A DNA stretch of 63,876 nucleotides, the filler included, from Caldilineae bacterium (lineage in GTDB: Bacteria; Chloroflexota; Anaerolineae; DTLA01): assembly GCA_037446815.1 (NCBI GenBank). It is 9 parts of 9 records of this genome, joined end to end, with 100 filler letters (N's around TTAATTAATTAA, not from the genome) between each part and the next. Parts side by side here need not be neighbours in the genome. Positions count along the whole stretch, not along the records: positions 35,845 to 42,853 come from JBBIHX010000154.1; positions 42,954 to 49,946 come from JBBIHX010000155.1; 7 more parts are not named here. One strand, 5' to 3'. The notes below the pieces were generated by a model, which saw only the letters and a program-made list of their open reading frames with translations, was not told where the DNA came from and did not search any database. Below are positions 35,889 through 46,367 of the stretch, one piece after another (position 1 is the stretch's first letter; the number at the start of each line of letters is the position of its first letter). The position numbers and the translations under genes are program-made.

Positions 35889-37655
35889 TCATGTCTCCGA
35901 CGGGCGCGACAGGCCGAGGTTCTCCGGCGGCGCCGGGAGGGCGAAGTAAAACGCCGCGCCCCTATCCGGCTCCGATTCCGCCCACACGCGCCCACCATGG
36001 CGGAGCACGATGCGTTGGACGATGGCCAGGCCAACGCCGGTGCCCTCGTACTCCTCGGCCGAGTGCAGACGTTGGAACACGTCAAACAACTTGTCGGCGT
36101 ACTCCATGGGGAATCCCACGCCGTTGTCTCGCACGACGTACGTATTTTCCCCATTTTCTGTCCATCCGTCAACTTCTATGACGGCGACCTCTCGGGTTCG
36201 GGTGAACTTCACCGCGTTAGAAAGGAGGTTGGCGAACACCTGGCGGAGCAGGGTGCGGTCGCCATGGGCGTCGGGCAGCGGGCCGATGCGGAACTCCAGC
36301 GTCCGGCCGGGCGTCTGGGAGCGCAGGTCCTCGACGACCTCCTGGGCCAGCCGGGTCATGCCTACCCGCACGCGGCGCAGGTCTTGGCGGCCCACCCGCG
36401 ACAAGTACAAGAGCGCGTCAATGAGTTCCGTCATGGCGCGGGCGTTGTCCCGCACGATGCCCAGAAGCCGCGCCCCCTCCTGGCCCATGGCGGCGGCATG
36501 CTCCTCCACGGCGATGCGCGAGAACCCGTTTATGGCGCGGAGCGGCGCCTTGAGGTCGTGGGAGACGGAATAGATAAACGCTTCCAGTTCCTGGTTGGCC
36601 GCCTGGAGTTGTCGGACGCGCTCTTCCGCCTTCTGCTCCACAGCCTCGTCCAGGCGGCGGATCTGCTCCTCGGCCTGCTTCCGCTGCGTGATGTCGTCAA
36701 AGATGGCGACGAGTTCGCCCGAGGGCAACTTGTACACGTAGTTCTCGGCCCAGAACGTCAGGCGCTCGTCCCTGTACAGGGTAGCGGCGTGATGTTCAGG
36801 GATTCCCGTCTTCCAGACCCTCTGGAACACGTCAAACAGGCCCATGTCGCGGACGCCCGGAAAGACGTCGGTAACGAGGCGGCCGAAAACCTCTTCTCGC
36901 CTTACGCCGGTGATGCGCAGCGCCGCTTCGTTGAGGTCGCGGATGACGAAGTTCTCGCCGTCGCCCTGCGCCTCGTAGATGGCGACGCCGCTGCTCATGT
37001 GGTCGTACAGTTCGCGCAGCCTGGTCTCGCTGGCGCGAAGGGCGTCCAGCGCGGCCCTCCGCTCCGCCTCCAGCCGCCTGCGCCGCTCGCGATTGCCGAG
37101 GAGCCAGCCCATGAGCGCGGTTGCGACGGGATAGATGGCGAGGACCGGCACGGTAATGGCGGGCAGCACCTGGGAGGGGAGCGGCTTCGGCAGCGTGAAC
37201 ATGCACAGGAGCATGGCCACATGCACTACCCAGCCGAAGAGGTAGAACTCGGCGCGGCGGATTTGGTCCACGCGCCTGGCGCGGGCATGTCGCCAGATGA
37301 CGCCGATGGCGCCGGACACGAAGATGACCAGCACGCCGGTCCAAGCGCCGGCGCCGCCCTGAGACAGGCGAAAGGCCGCCGCGATGAGGGCGGCGATGAG
37401 CGTGGGGAACGCGCCGAAGAAGAGGCCCGACAGGCTCAGGAGCACCGAGCGGGTGTCAAACACCACGCCGTGGCCGAATTGCCAGGGGGTGAGCATGATG
37501 ACGATGGACATGCCGCCGAGGACCAGGCCAGTGGCGGCCTGCGCGAGCGCGGGTCTGCCGCGCGGGCGCCCGAACCCGGGCAGGTCATACAGCACGCCGA
37601 GCGCAAGCAATAGGGCAGCGTTGTTCACCAACCCCAAGACGGCCGAAGCAAGCAT
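35889..37655 (-). CDS. Sensor histidine kinase: 5TM-LytS/YhcK membrane domain, PAS, HisKA, HATPase
   Basis: GVVFDTRSVLLSLSGLFFG, PAS, YSVSHDLKAPLR, NLLSNAVKFT, DNGVGF, FQRLH, GTGVGLA. RBS GGAGG. Confidence 0.92.
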   Translation of the reverse strand: MLASAVLGLVNNAALLLALGVLYDLPGFGRPRGRPALAQAATGLVLGGMSIVIMLTPWQFGHGVVFDTRSVLLSLSGLFFGAFPTLIAALIAAAFRLSQGGAGAWTGVLVIFVSGAIGVIWRHARARRVDQIRRAEFYLFGWVVHVAMLLCMFTLPKPLPSQVLPAITVPVLAIYPVATALMGWLLGNRERRRRLEAERRAALDALRASETRLRELYDHMSSGVAIYEAQGDGENFVIRDLNEAALRITGVRREEVFGRLVTDVFPGVRDMGLFDVFQRVWKTGIPEHHAATLYRDERLTFWAENYVYKLPSGELVAIFDDITQRKQAEEQIRRLDEAVEQKAEERVRQLQAANQELEAFIYSVSHDLKAPLRAINGFSRIAVEEHAAAMGQEGARLLGIVRDNARAMTELIDALLYLSRVGRQDLRRVRVGMTRLAQEVVEDLRSQTPGRTLEFRIGPLPDAHGDRTLLRQVFANLLSNAVKFTRTREVAVIEVDGWTENGENTYVVRDNGVGFPMEYADKLFDVFQRLHSAEEYEGTGVGLAIVQRIVLRHGGRVWAESEPDRGAAFYFALPAPPENLGLSRPSET

Positions 37656-37769
37656 GGGTCCTCCCTCCGCAGTGCGCCCCGCGGCCGGCTTGACGGCCTG
37701 CGGGTGCGGTGTGCGGCCCAAGTGTACCGGAGTTGTAAGAATCTTGTCAAACCTCACCCCTGGTCGTTT

Positions 37770-38010
37770 CGGTTTCAAAGCCTGTTGGCATCTACCGTCA
37801 TTCTGGGTGGCGGAGAGCGAAGAATCTCGCTGACCGAGATGCTTCGCCTTCGGCTCAGCATGACAGAGCCGGGCGGCGGTGCGCGGGACGGACCAGCACG
37901 AGATGGAACCGAGTCCCCTGGTCGCCCTTCACCGCAAGCGGAGAGGGGGAGGCCGAAGGCCGGGTGTGAGGGCGCCGCTCCATCGCCCGCCGGGAGAGGG
38001 CTGGCGTGAG
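37770..38010. repeat. Intergenic repeat mosaic between divergent kinases
   Basis: TIR element with a short interior (37797-37865) plus degenerate GGGAGAGGG...GTGAGGG hairpins. Confidence 0.75.
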
Positions 38011-38115
38011 GGCGTCGCCCGTCTTGCGCGTTTTGGCGGTTGGACGTTATAATGGGCGGGTGAATTCCAACGCACGCCGGGCGCGGCCTTACGCGTCGCG
38101 CCGGTGGGAGTACCC

Positions 38116-41100
38116 ATGTCCGGTTCGCTTGCAATCTACGCAATCCCGTTGTTCCTATCGGCGGCCATCTCCGCGACGCTGGGGCAGTACGCGCTCCGGC
38201 GCAGGCCCCGCACGGGGTATACCATCGCATTTGGCCTCATGGGGATTTGCGTCGGCCTCTGGTCGCTGGGGTATGGGCTGGAGTTGATGTCGGCCGATGT
38301 GGGCCTCAAGGTGGCCTGGCTGAAGTTTGAATACGTGGCGATCGCCGGCACCTACCCGCTGCTGCTGGCCTTCCTCATCCACTACACGGGGCGTGGCCAC
38401 TGGCTTACGAAGGGGCGGAGCGTCGCCCTGGCGATAATCCCCGCGCTGACGGCGCTCCTGGCGCTCACCGACGAGGCCCACGGGCTCATCTGGGCGGGAT
38501 ACACCCTGCGACACACGGGGGCGCTGACGCTGTTCGCCTTTCAGCGCGGCGCGTGGTTCTGGGTCTTCTGCGCCTATGGGGTGGCGGTGCTGGCCTTCAG
38601 CGCGGCGCTGATTCTCCGCGCCTACAGCGAATCGGTGCTGCTCCGCCGCCGTCAGATGGGCATTATTGGGGTCGGCGTGGTGTTGCCGGTCGTCGGGGGC
38701 GCGGCGTACCTGTTCGGCGTCAGCCCGATTCCGGGCCTGAACTTGGCCCCCTTCGCGTTCACGCTGTCGTCGGTGCTGTTCGCCTACGGGATGTTCCGGT
38801 TTCGGCTGCTGGCGGTCGCGCCGATTGAGGTTCCGCAGCCGCCGCCGAGTTTTGGAGATGGCCTCATCGTGCTGGCCGACGGCGGGCGGGTGCAGTATTT
38901 GAACCGCGCGGCGGAGCGCATCCTGGGGTGGCGGTCCTCGGCGGCGCTGGGCCAGGGGATTGAGCATCTGATTCCCCGCTGGAGCGAGTTCATCGCCGCG
39001 CTGCAGGATGGGACGAGCACGGAGGTGGAGATCCTCCTGGGCGAAGGCCCGGCCCAGCGGCGGTACGCGCTGAGCGTCGTGCCCGGCCCCGACCAGCCGG
39101 CGTCGCCCGCCGGGCGGCTGGTGATCCTGCACGACATCACGGAGCGGGCGCTGGCCGAGCGCGCCCTGCGCCAAAGCGAGGCGACTTTCCGCACGCTGGC
39201 CGAGACGCTTCCGGCGGCGGTGTTTATCTACCAGGGCGAGGACTTCCGCTACGCCAATCCGGCCTGCACGACGCTGACCGGCTACAAGCGCCGCGAGTTG
39301 GCCAACATCCGCTTCTGGGACCTGGTGCATCCGGACCATCGCGAGATGGTGCGGCAACGGGGACTGGCCAGGCAGCATGGGGAGAGCGTGCCCCGCCGCT
39401 ATGAGTTCAAGATCGTTACCAAGAGCGGCGAGGAGCGATGGGTGGACTTCGCCGCGGCGGTGGTGGAGTTTGAGGGCCAGCCCGCAGCCATGGGCACGGC
39501 CTACGATATCACCGAGCGCAAGTTGGCCGAAGAGGAGTTGCGCCGTAGCAATGCGTACCTGGCGGCGCTCCACGAGACCTCGCTGGCCATCATGAGGGCG
39601 GGCCTTGATCCCGAAGACACGCTCCAAGTTATCGTTCAGCGCGCCATGGACCTCGTCGGGGCGGCGTATGGCTGGCTGTACGTCGTGGACAGCGAGCGGG
39701 ATGATATCGTTGCGCTGGTCGCCGCGGGCCGGTATCGCAAGTTCCTGGGCCACCGGATGAAGCGCGGCGAGGGGCTGGCGGGCAAGGTGTGGGCCACGGG
39801 CCAACCGTTGGTTGTGGATCACTACGCTTCCTGGCCTGGCCGCTCGCCGGACTTTGACACTGACCCTGCCGGCCCGACGATGGGCGTGCCGCTGAAGTCG
39901 GGCGACGAGGTCATCGGCGTCCTTGGGCTGGCGCGCGAACCCTCCGCCGCGCCGTTCACCCAGGAGGAGATAGAGCAGTTCACGGTGTTCGCCCGTCTGG
40001 CGTCCATTGCGGTGGACAACGCGCGGCTGTACGGGGCGGTGCAGCGCCAACTGGAAGAGCGCACCCGCGCCGAGGCCATCCTCCGCGACAGCGAGGAGCG
40101 ATACCGGACGCTGTTTGAAGCGGCCAACGACGCGATTTTCCTCATGCGCGAGGATCGGTTCATTGACTGCAACCCGCGCACGCTGGAAATGTTCGGCTGC
40201 GCCCGCGAGGACATCATCGGGCAGCCGCCGTATCGGTTCTCGCCGCCGCTCCAGCCCGACGGCCGGGACTCGCGCACGGCGGCGTTGGAGCGGATTCGCG
40301 CGGCCCTGGCGGGCGAGCCACAGTTCTTTGAGTGGAAGCACACGCGGCTGGACGGCACGCCCTTTGACGCAGAGGTGAGCCTCAACGCCATTGAGTTGGC
40401 GGGCGAGGTGCTGATTCAGGCCATCGTCCGCGACATCAGCGAGCGCAAGCGGGCCGAGCGTGTCCAGGGCGTGCTCCTGCGCATTGCCCAGGCGGCTACC
40501 ACCGCCGCCACGCTGGAGGAACTCCTCGTTGTCATCCACCAGCAACTGGGCACCCTGATGGATGTTACCAACTTCTACGTGGCCTTGTACGATGCGAGCA
40601 GTGGCCTGTACACGTTCCCGTTCTACCGCGACGAGTACGATCGGCTGGAGACCCTGCCCCCGCAGGACTTGCACAAGAGCGTAACGGACTACGTGCGACG
40701 CACGGGCAAGCCGCTGCTCGTGGATGCGGCCACCAACGAGCGGCTCGTGCAGCAGGGCGAGATACAGGTCATCGGCACGCCCTCGCTCGTATGGCTGGGC
40801 GCGCCCTTGCGAACAGCCCGCGGGGTGATCGGCGTCGTGGCCGTCCAGAGTTATCGCAGGGAGATTCAGTACTCGGAGCGCGACCTAGAACTCCTGGCCT
40901 TCGTCGCGGATAATGTGGCCTCGGCCATTGAGCGCAAGCGCGCCGAGGATGCGCTGCGCCAGAGCGAGGAGAAGTTCCGCACCATCTTCCAGACCAGCAC
41001 CGATGGCATCGTCATCAGCGACCTGGACACCGGCACGTATCTGGAGGTCAACGAGGGCTATTTGATGCTGTCGGGCTACACCCGCGAGGAACTCATCGGG

Positions 41101-42477
41101 AAATCCTCGCTGGAACTGGGAACGTGGGCCGATCCTGAAGATCGCGCCGAACTGGTGCGGCGGTTGCGCGAGCGGGGCCTGGTGAGCGGGATGGAGGTGC
41201 GAGTTCGGCGCAAGGACGGCACCATCCGCAACGTGCTCATCTCCGCGCAGATTGTGGAGATCGCCGGCCGCAGGTGGATGCTGTCCACGAATCGCGACAT
41301 CACCGAGTACAAGCAGTTGGAGGAGCAACTGCGCCAGTCGCAGAAGATGGAGGCCATCGGCACGTTGGCGGGCGGCGTGGCCCACGATTTCAACAACCTG
41401 CTGACGGCCATCCTGGGCAACGCGGCGTTCCTGCTGGAATCGCTGGGGCCGGACGATGAGCGGGCCGAGGAGGTGCGCGAGATTCAGAAGGCGGGGCAAC
41501 GCGCCGCGGCGCTGACCAGCCAACTCCTGGCCTTCAGCCGGCGGCAGATGGTGGAGCCGCGCATCATCAACCTCAACGCTATCATCACCGACACCAGCCG
41601 CATGTTGCAGCGCCTCATCGGCGAGGATATTGAACTGCGCCTGTCGCTTGACGGGAGCCTGGCGTCGGTGCGCGCGGACCCGGGCCATATCGGGCAGGTG
41701 CTGGTGAACCTGGCGGCCAACGCACGGGACGCCATGCCCACGGGCGGCCGCCTGACCATTGAAACGGCCAACGTTGTGCTGGACGAGAGTTTCCATCGCC
41801 GCCATCCCGATGTCGCCCCGGGCGAGTACGTCATGATGGCGGTGTCGGATAGCGGCGTCGGTATCCCGCCCGAAATCCGGGACCGCATCTTTGAGCCCTT
41901 CTTCACGACGAAGGAAGTCGGGCGCGGGACCGGCTTGGGGCTGTCGGTGGTGTACGGCATCGTGCACCAGAACGACGGGCACATTGTGGTGGAGAGCGAG
42001 CCGGGGCGCGGGGCCCGCTTTGAAATCTACCTGCCGAGCGTGCCCGCACCCGCGGTGGCATCCGGGCCGGGTCCGGAAGGCTTCCCGCGCGGCGGCGACG
42101 AGACTATCTTGCTGGTGGAGGACGAGGAGGTGGTCCGCGAGGTGGCCGCGCGTATCCTCCGAAGCCAGGGATATACCGTCCTGGAGGCGACGAACGGCGA
42201 GGAGGCGTTGCGTCGCTGCGACGAGCATCGGGGGCCCCTGCACCTGCTGCTGACCGACGTGGTCATGCCCCAGATGGGCGGGCAGGAACTGGCGCGGCGA
42301 GTGATGGCGCTCCGCCCGGATGTGCGCGTGCTGTACACATCCGGTTACTCGGATACGGTCATGCTGCGCCAGGAATGGGAGGCCCACGGAGTCTTCCTGC
42401 AGAAGCCCTTTGCGGTGCGGGAACTGCTGGGGAAGGTGCGGGAGGTTCTGGACGGGCCGCCGTCGCCGCGGCTCTAG
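38116..42477 (+). CDS. Hybrid sensor kinase: HisKA_7TM, multiple PAS, two GAF, kinase, receiver
   Basis: 7TM N-terminus, PAS/PAC repeats (DITERK), GAF ([18 protein letters not shown]), [40 protein letters not shown]...LLTDVVMP...QKPF. Confidence 0.93.
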   Translation: MSGSLAIYAIPLFLSAAISATLGQYALRRRPRTGYTIAFGLMGICVGLWSLGYGLELMSADVGLKVAWLKFEYVAIAGTYPLLLAFLIHYTGRGHWLTKGRSVALAIIPALTALLALTDEAHGLIWAGYTLRHTGALTLFAFQRGAWFWVFCAYGVAVLAFSAALILRAYSESVLLRRRQMGIIGVGVVLPVVGGAAYLFGVSPIPGLNLAPFAFTLSSVLFAYGMFRFRLLAVAPIEVPQPPPSFGDGLIVLADGGRVQYLNRAAERILGWRSSAALGQGIEHLIPRWSEFIAALQDGTSTEVEILLGEGPAQRRYALSVVPGPDQPASPAGRLVILHDITERALAERALRQSEATFRTLAETLPAAVFIYQGEDFRYANPACTTLTGYKRRELANIRFWDLVHPDHREMVRQRGLARQHGESVPRRYEFKIVTKSGEERWVDFAAAVVEFEGQPAAMGTAYDITERKLAEEELRRSNAYLAALHETSLAIMRAGLDPEDTLQVIVQRAMDLVGAAYGWLYVVDSERDDIVALVAAGRYRKFLGHRMKRGEGLAGKVWATGQPLVVDHYASWPGRSPDFDTDPAGPTMGVPLKSGDEVIGVLGLAREPSAAPFTQEEIEQFTVFARLASIAVDNARLYGAVQRQLEERTRAEAILRDSEERYRTLFEAANDAIFLMREDRFIDCNPRTLEMFGCAREDIIGQPPYRFSPPLQPDGRDSRTAALERIRAALAGEPQFFEWKHTRLDGTPFDAEVSLNAIELAGEVLIQAIVRDISERKRAERVQGVLLRIAQAATTAATLEELLVVIHQQLGTLMDVTNFYVALYDASSGLYTFPFYRDEYDRLETLPPQDLHKSVTDYVRRTGKPLLVDAATNERLVQQGEIQVIGTPSLVWLGAPLRTARGVIGVVAVQSYRREIQYSERDLELLAFVADNVASAIERKRAEDALRQSEEKFRTIFQTSTDGIVISDLDTGTYLEVNEGYLMLSGYTREELIGKSSLELGTWADPEDRAELVRRLRERGLVSGMEVRVRRKDGTIRNVLISAQIVEIAGRRWMLSTNRDITEYKQLEEQLRQSQKMEAIGTLAGGVAHDFNNLLTAILGNAAFLLESLGPDDERAEEVREIQKAGQRAAALTSQLLAFSRRQMVEPRIINLNAIITDTSRMLQRLIGEDIELRLSLDGSLASVRADPGHIGQVLVNLAANARDAMPTGGRLTIETANVVLDESFHRRHPDVAPGEYVMMAVSDSGVGIPPEIRDRIFEPFFTTKEVGRGTGLGLSVVYGIVHQNDGHIVVESEPGRGARFEIYLPSVPAPAVASGPGPEGFPRGGDETILLVEDEEVVREVAARILRSQGYTVLEATNGEEALRRCDEHRGPLHLLLTDVVMPQMGGQELARRVMALRPDVRVLYTSGYSDTVMLRQEWEAHGVFLQKPFAVRELLGKVREVLDGPPSPRL

Positions 42478-42499
42478 TGGGGGCGCCGGGCGGCCTCGC

Positions 42500-42853
42500 G
42501 TTGTCATTGCGGGCGGCGCGGAGCGGTCTCGCGGAACGCATCCACGGATAGCACGGATTTCCCGGATGGGAGAGGGGGAGATTCTTGGCGGCTTCGCCGC
42601 TCGGAATGACAGATTGCGGTGGGCGAGGGAGCGGAGCCGCGCGGGGCTAAAGCCGCCGCGCTGAAGATGTGAGCGCAGGGCGGGTCGTTGGGGAACGCGG
42701 CCCGGTCCTGACACCCTGAGCGGAGCGACGGGTCTCGGGTTGCGAGATTCTTCGCGGCTTCGCCGCTCGGAATGACAGTTGTAGTGTGTCATGCTAGGCC
42801 GAAAGCGATACACCCTCGCCCTTTGGGAGAGGGCTGGGGTGAGGGGCGAGATT
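42500..42853. repeat. Intergenic repeat mosaic at contig end
   Basis: GTCATTGCG, 9-mer CACGGAT, GCGCGGGGCTAAAGCCGCCGCGC and TIR modules. Confidence 0.82.
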
Positions 42854-42953
42854 NNNNNNNNNNNNNNNNNNNNNNNNNNNNNNNNNNNNNNNNNNNNTTA
42901 ATTAATTAANNNNNNNNNNNNNNNNNNNNNNNNNNNNNNNNNNNNNNNNNNNN
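42854..42953. other. Artificial contig linker
   Basis: N44-TTAATTAATTAA-N44. Confidence 0.98.
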
Positions 42954-42997
42954 AGATGCCAACAGACTTCGGAACCGCCCCCGCGGTGAGGCGGGGC

Positions 42998-43025
42998 TTG
43001 ACACTCGGCCCCCTTCCCGTATAAT
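42998..43025 (+). promoter_or_regulatory. Consensus sigma70 promoter
   Basis: TTGACA (42998-43003), 16 nt, TATAAT (43020-43025), upstream of GGAGGAGG and a TTG start. Confidence 0.8.
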
Positions 43026-43061
43026 GGCCCCAAGCCGCTGCGTGGAGGAGGGCACGCCGTC

Positions 43062-45038
43062 TTGACCCACAGGTCGCGGGATAAAGCCTCGGAATGGAGC
43101 CTGCTGCTGCTCATCGTTATCGCCGCCGCTGCCCTCCGCTTCGCCGCGCTGGGCGACATCCCCCCTGGGTTATACCGCGACGAGGCCTATAACGGCCTGG
43201 ACGCCGTGCAGGTGTTGCGTGGCGCGACGCCCGTATTCTTTGAGGCGAACAACGGCCGCGAACCGCTGTTCATCTACCTTGTCGCGGCGGCCGTAGCGGC
43301 CCTGGGCCGAACGCCCGTGGCGGTTCGCATCGTCGCGGCCATCCTCGGCACGCTCACCATCCCGGCGACCTACCTCCTGTTCCGCGCGCTGTACGGCCGA
43401 TCCGTGGCGCTGTTGGGAACCGCGGCCCTCGCCATCACCGTCTGGCCCATCCAACTCAGCCGCATCGGATTCCGGGCGGTGGCGCTGCCCCTTGTAACTG
43501 CGCTGGCGCTGTGGCAACTGTGGGTGGCCATCCGCACGGGCAAGGGATGGCGGTTCGCCCTGGCCGGCGCGCTCTCCGGCCTGGGTTTCTATACCTACCT
43601 GGCGGCGCGCTTCACGCCTCTGGCCCTGCTGGGATGGTTGGCCCTGCGCGGCAGGCGGCACGGCCCGCCCATCCGCTGGCGGAGCCTGCTCATCTTCGCG
43701 GCGGCGGCCCTCATCATCCTGTCGCCGCTGGCTGCCTACGTGGGCGGGCACTGGGCGTCGTTCACCGAGCGGGCGGAGCAGGTGTCCGTTTTCAATCCCG
43801 CCATCAACGGCGGCGACCTGTGGGGAACGCTGGCACGCCATGCGGTGAGGGTTGTCGGCATGTTCAACGTGCGGGGCGATTTCATCCCGCGCCACAACGT
43901 GCCCCTGCGCCCCGTGTTTGACCCGCTGCTGGGAGCGGCGTTCGTCCTGGGCGTCGCCGTCGCCATCGCCCGCCGCAGCGACGCCGACCGCCTCGCCCTC
44001 GTCTGGGTCGGTGTCATGCTCCTGCCCACGCTTCTCGCCGAGGACGCGCCCCACTTCCTGCGGGGCGTCGGCATCCTGCCGGTGCTGTTCGCCTTCCCCG
44101 CGCTGGGCTTGCACTGGCTGGGCGAAACGCTGTCCCGCCGCGCGCCGCGTGGCCTGGCCATCGTCGCCGTGGCGGCGCTCCTGGCGGGCGGCCTGGCGTT
44201 CACCGTGCGCGACTACTTCGTCCGCTACGCCCACGACCCGGCCACGGCGTATGCCTTTGAGGCAGGCCCGGCGGAACTCGCCGCGGAGACGAACGCCTAC
44301 CTCGGCGCGGGTTGGCAGGGTGGGTGGACTGCCCGAACGGGCGCGCCCGCCGATGACCGCGTCGTGTACCTAGCGCCGCGCCTGTGGGACACGTGGCCCA
44401 GCCTGCGCTTTCTGCTGGCCGACACCGACGCCGTGCGCATTCTGGGGCGCGAGGAGCCCGCGGCAGCGCCCCCCCGCGCGCGGCTGGTGGTCTGGCCCTA
44501 CGAGCCCTACGCCGAGCACCTGCGCCTTCTGCCCGCCGGCAGCGCCATCGGGGTAACGCGCGGCCCGCTGGAGCGCGGGGATTTGGAGACGGAGCCGCGC
44601 CTGGTGAACATCACGATAGAGGCGCAGCCCGCGGCGGAACTGGCGGCGCTCCCCATCGCGCGCGACGCGGTGGTGGGCGAGCGGTTCCGGCTGGCGGGCG
44701 CCGAGTTGAACCCGGCCGGCACCCGCCTGACGGTTACGCTCCTGTGGGAATGCCTGAACCCCACTGTCACCAACTACGTGGTCTTCGTCCACGTGGAGCA
44801 GGTTGGGCTTCCCGTGAGCACCGGCGATGGCCCCGCCGCCGACGGCTACTACCCCACGCATTTCTGGAGGGCGGGAGATTGGATTGTAGACCGACATGTG
44901 GTAGAATTGGCGCGGCCCTTTGATGCCGCGCAAGATAGGGTCGTGGTGGGCATGTACGAGTTCCCATCGCTCCAGAGGCTGCCGGTTGCCGACCGCGCAG
45001 GCGCTCCCCTGGGCGATGGCGTCGTCATTTATCCCTGA
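43062..45038 (+). CDS. GT-C glycosyltransferase (PMT/GT39-like) with a C-terminal extracellular beta-sandwich
   Basis: PPGLYRDEAYNG.DA, NNGREPLF, LSRIGFR, YTYLAAR, many TMs; C-terminal LLW...NYVVFVH...YPT..W..GD...D...VGMY. Confidence 0.85.
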   Translation: MTHRSRDKASEWSLLLLIVIAAAALRFAALGDIPPGLYRDEAYNGLDAVQVLRGATPVFFEANNGREPLFIYLVAAAVAALGRTPVAVRIVAAILGTLTIPATYLLFRALYGRSVALLGTAALAITVWPIQLSRIGFRAVALPLVTALALWQLWVAIRTGKGWRFALAGALSGLGFYTYLAARFTPLALLGWLALRGRRHGPPIRWRSLLIFAAAALIILSPLAAYVGGHWASFTERAEQVSVFNPAINGGDLWGTLARHAVRVVGMFNVRGDFIPRHNVPLRPVFDPLLGAAFVLGVAVAIARRSDADRLALVWVGVMLLPTLLAEDAPHFLRGVGILPVLFAFPALGLHWLGETLSRRAPRGLAIVAVAALLAGGLAFTVRDYFVRYAHDPATAYAFEAGPAELAAETNAYLGAGWQGGWTARTGAPADDRVVYLAPRLWDTWPSLRFLLADTDAVRILGREEPAAAPPRARLVVWPYEPYAEHLRLLPAGSAIGVTRGPLERGDLETEPRLVNITIEAQPAAELAALPIARDAVVGERFRLAGAELNPAGTRLTVTLLWECLNPTVTNYVVFVHVEQVGLPVSTGDGPAADGYYPTHFWRAGDWIVDRHVVELARPFDAAQDRVVVGMYEFPSLQRLPVADRAGAPLGDGVVIYP

Positions 45039-45056
45039 TTTCAGGAGGCAATTGGC

Positions 45057-46316
45057 ATGATTCGTCGCACAACACTCCATGCACTGGTGGTCGCCGCATT
45101 CCTGGTGGCGCTGGTCCCGCTGCCCGCGCTGGCGGCCCCTCCGTCGCAGGACGCATGTCCTGGCAACCTGCTGGCCAACGCGGGATTTGAGCAGGGGTTC
45201 AGCGCACGTGGCGCGGGCGAGGTGGAGGTCGCCAACGGATGGGAGCCCTGGTGGATCAACGGCAGCCCCGCCGAGACGGAACAGGGCTTCCTGCGCCGCC
45301 CCGAATACAAGCCCGAGAACGCCCAGATTTTCGGGACGCGCCGCGTGCACTCGGGCACCTTCGCGCAGAAGTGGTTCACCACCTACGCCACCCACACCGG
45401 CGGCATCTTCCAGCGCGTGAGCGTGCCCGCCGGCAGCGTGGCCACCTTCTCCGCCTGGGTGCAGGTGTGGAGCAGCCAGGACCCCAACCCGGACGCCGTG
45501 GTGGAGCCGGGCAACTACCGCGTCTCCATCGGCATTGACCCCACCGGCGGGACCAACGGTGCGGCGGGAACCGTCGTCTGGTCCGAGGAGGTGATGCAGT
45601 ACAACACCTGGATCAAACTGCAGGTGCAGGTGAAGGCCCAGGCCGACGCCGTTACCGTCTTCCTGCGGGGGCGCAACGAGTACCGCGTCAAGTTCAACGA
45701 TTCCTACTGGGACGACACGTGCCTAACCATCGTGCGCCCGACGCCCAAGGCCACCAACACGCCCAAGCCGACCAACACCCCCAAGGCGACTAATACGCCC
45801 ACCGACACGCCCACGCCTACCGCCACCAACACGCCCGCCGTTGGGCGCATCTCGCTCCTGGCCTACCAGGACGCCAACGCCAACGGGCGCCGCGATGAGG
45901 GCGAGGGCCTCGTCTCGGGCGTGGAATTCACGCTGCAGACCGCCGACGGCGCGCAGGTGGGCACCTACACGACCGACGGTGCGAGCGAGCCGAAGGTGTA
46001 CGACCAACTCGCGCCGGGCAACTACGTGGTGGCGGGCAAGTTCCCCGCGGCCTACGTGCCCACCGGCCCGACGGGCTGGGGGATTAGCCTGGGGCCGGGC
46101 GCGGCCTTTGACCTGACCTTCGGCGCGCGTTTCGCCCCCACGCCCTCGGCCACGCGGACGCCCATCGCCACGCGCACGCCCACGCCGACGCCCGCCCCGC
46201 AGAAGGCCGCGGCTTCCCTGGGGCAGGGGCTGTACGAAATCAGCGGCCTGCTGACCCTGGCGCTGGCCGTCGGGTTGGGCGTGGGGCTCTACCTGCGCCG
46301 CCGCAAGCCGTCGTAG
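45057..46316 (+). CDS. Secreted, membrane-anchored protein: CBM-like domain, Pro/Thr linkers, SdrD-B-like domain, C-terminal TM
   Basis: Signal peptide, NLLANAGFE...YWDD jelly-roll ends, (PKPTNT)n linker, YQDANANGRRDEGE, TM followed by RRRK. Confidence 0.8.
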   Translation: MIRRTTLHALVVAAFLVALVPLPALAAPPSQDACPGNLLANAGFEQGFSARGAGEVEVANGWEPWWINGSPAETEQGFLRRPEYKPENAQIFGTRRVHSGTFAQKWFTTYATHTGGIFQRVSVPAGSVATFSAWVQVWSSQDPNPDAVVEPGNYRVSIGIDPTGGTNGAAGTVVWSEEVMQYNTWIKLQVQVKAQADAVTVFLRGRNEYRVKFNDSYWDDTCLTIVRPTPKATNTPKPTNTPKATNTPTDTPTPTATNTPAVGRISLLAYQDANANGRRDEGEGLVSGVEFTLQTADGAQVGTYTTDGASEPKVYDQLAPGNYVVAGKFPAAYVPTGPTGWGISLGPGAAFDLTFGARFAPTPSATRTPIATRTPTPTPAPQKAAASLGQGLYEISGLLTLALAVGLGVGLYLRRRKPS

Positions 46317-46367
46317 GCCATGCCATCCGCGGGGCGCGCTAGACGTGCCCCGCGAAGGGAACATCCC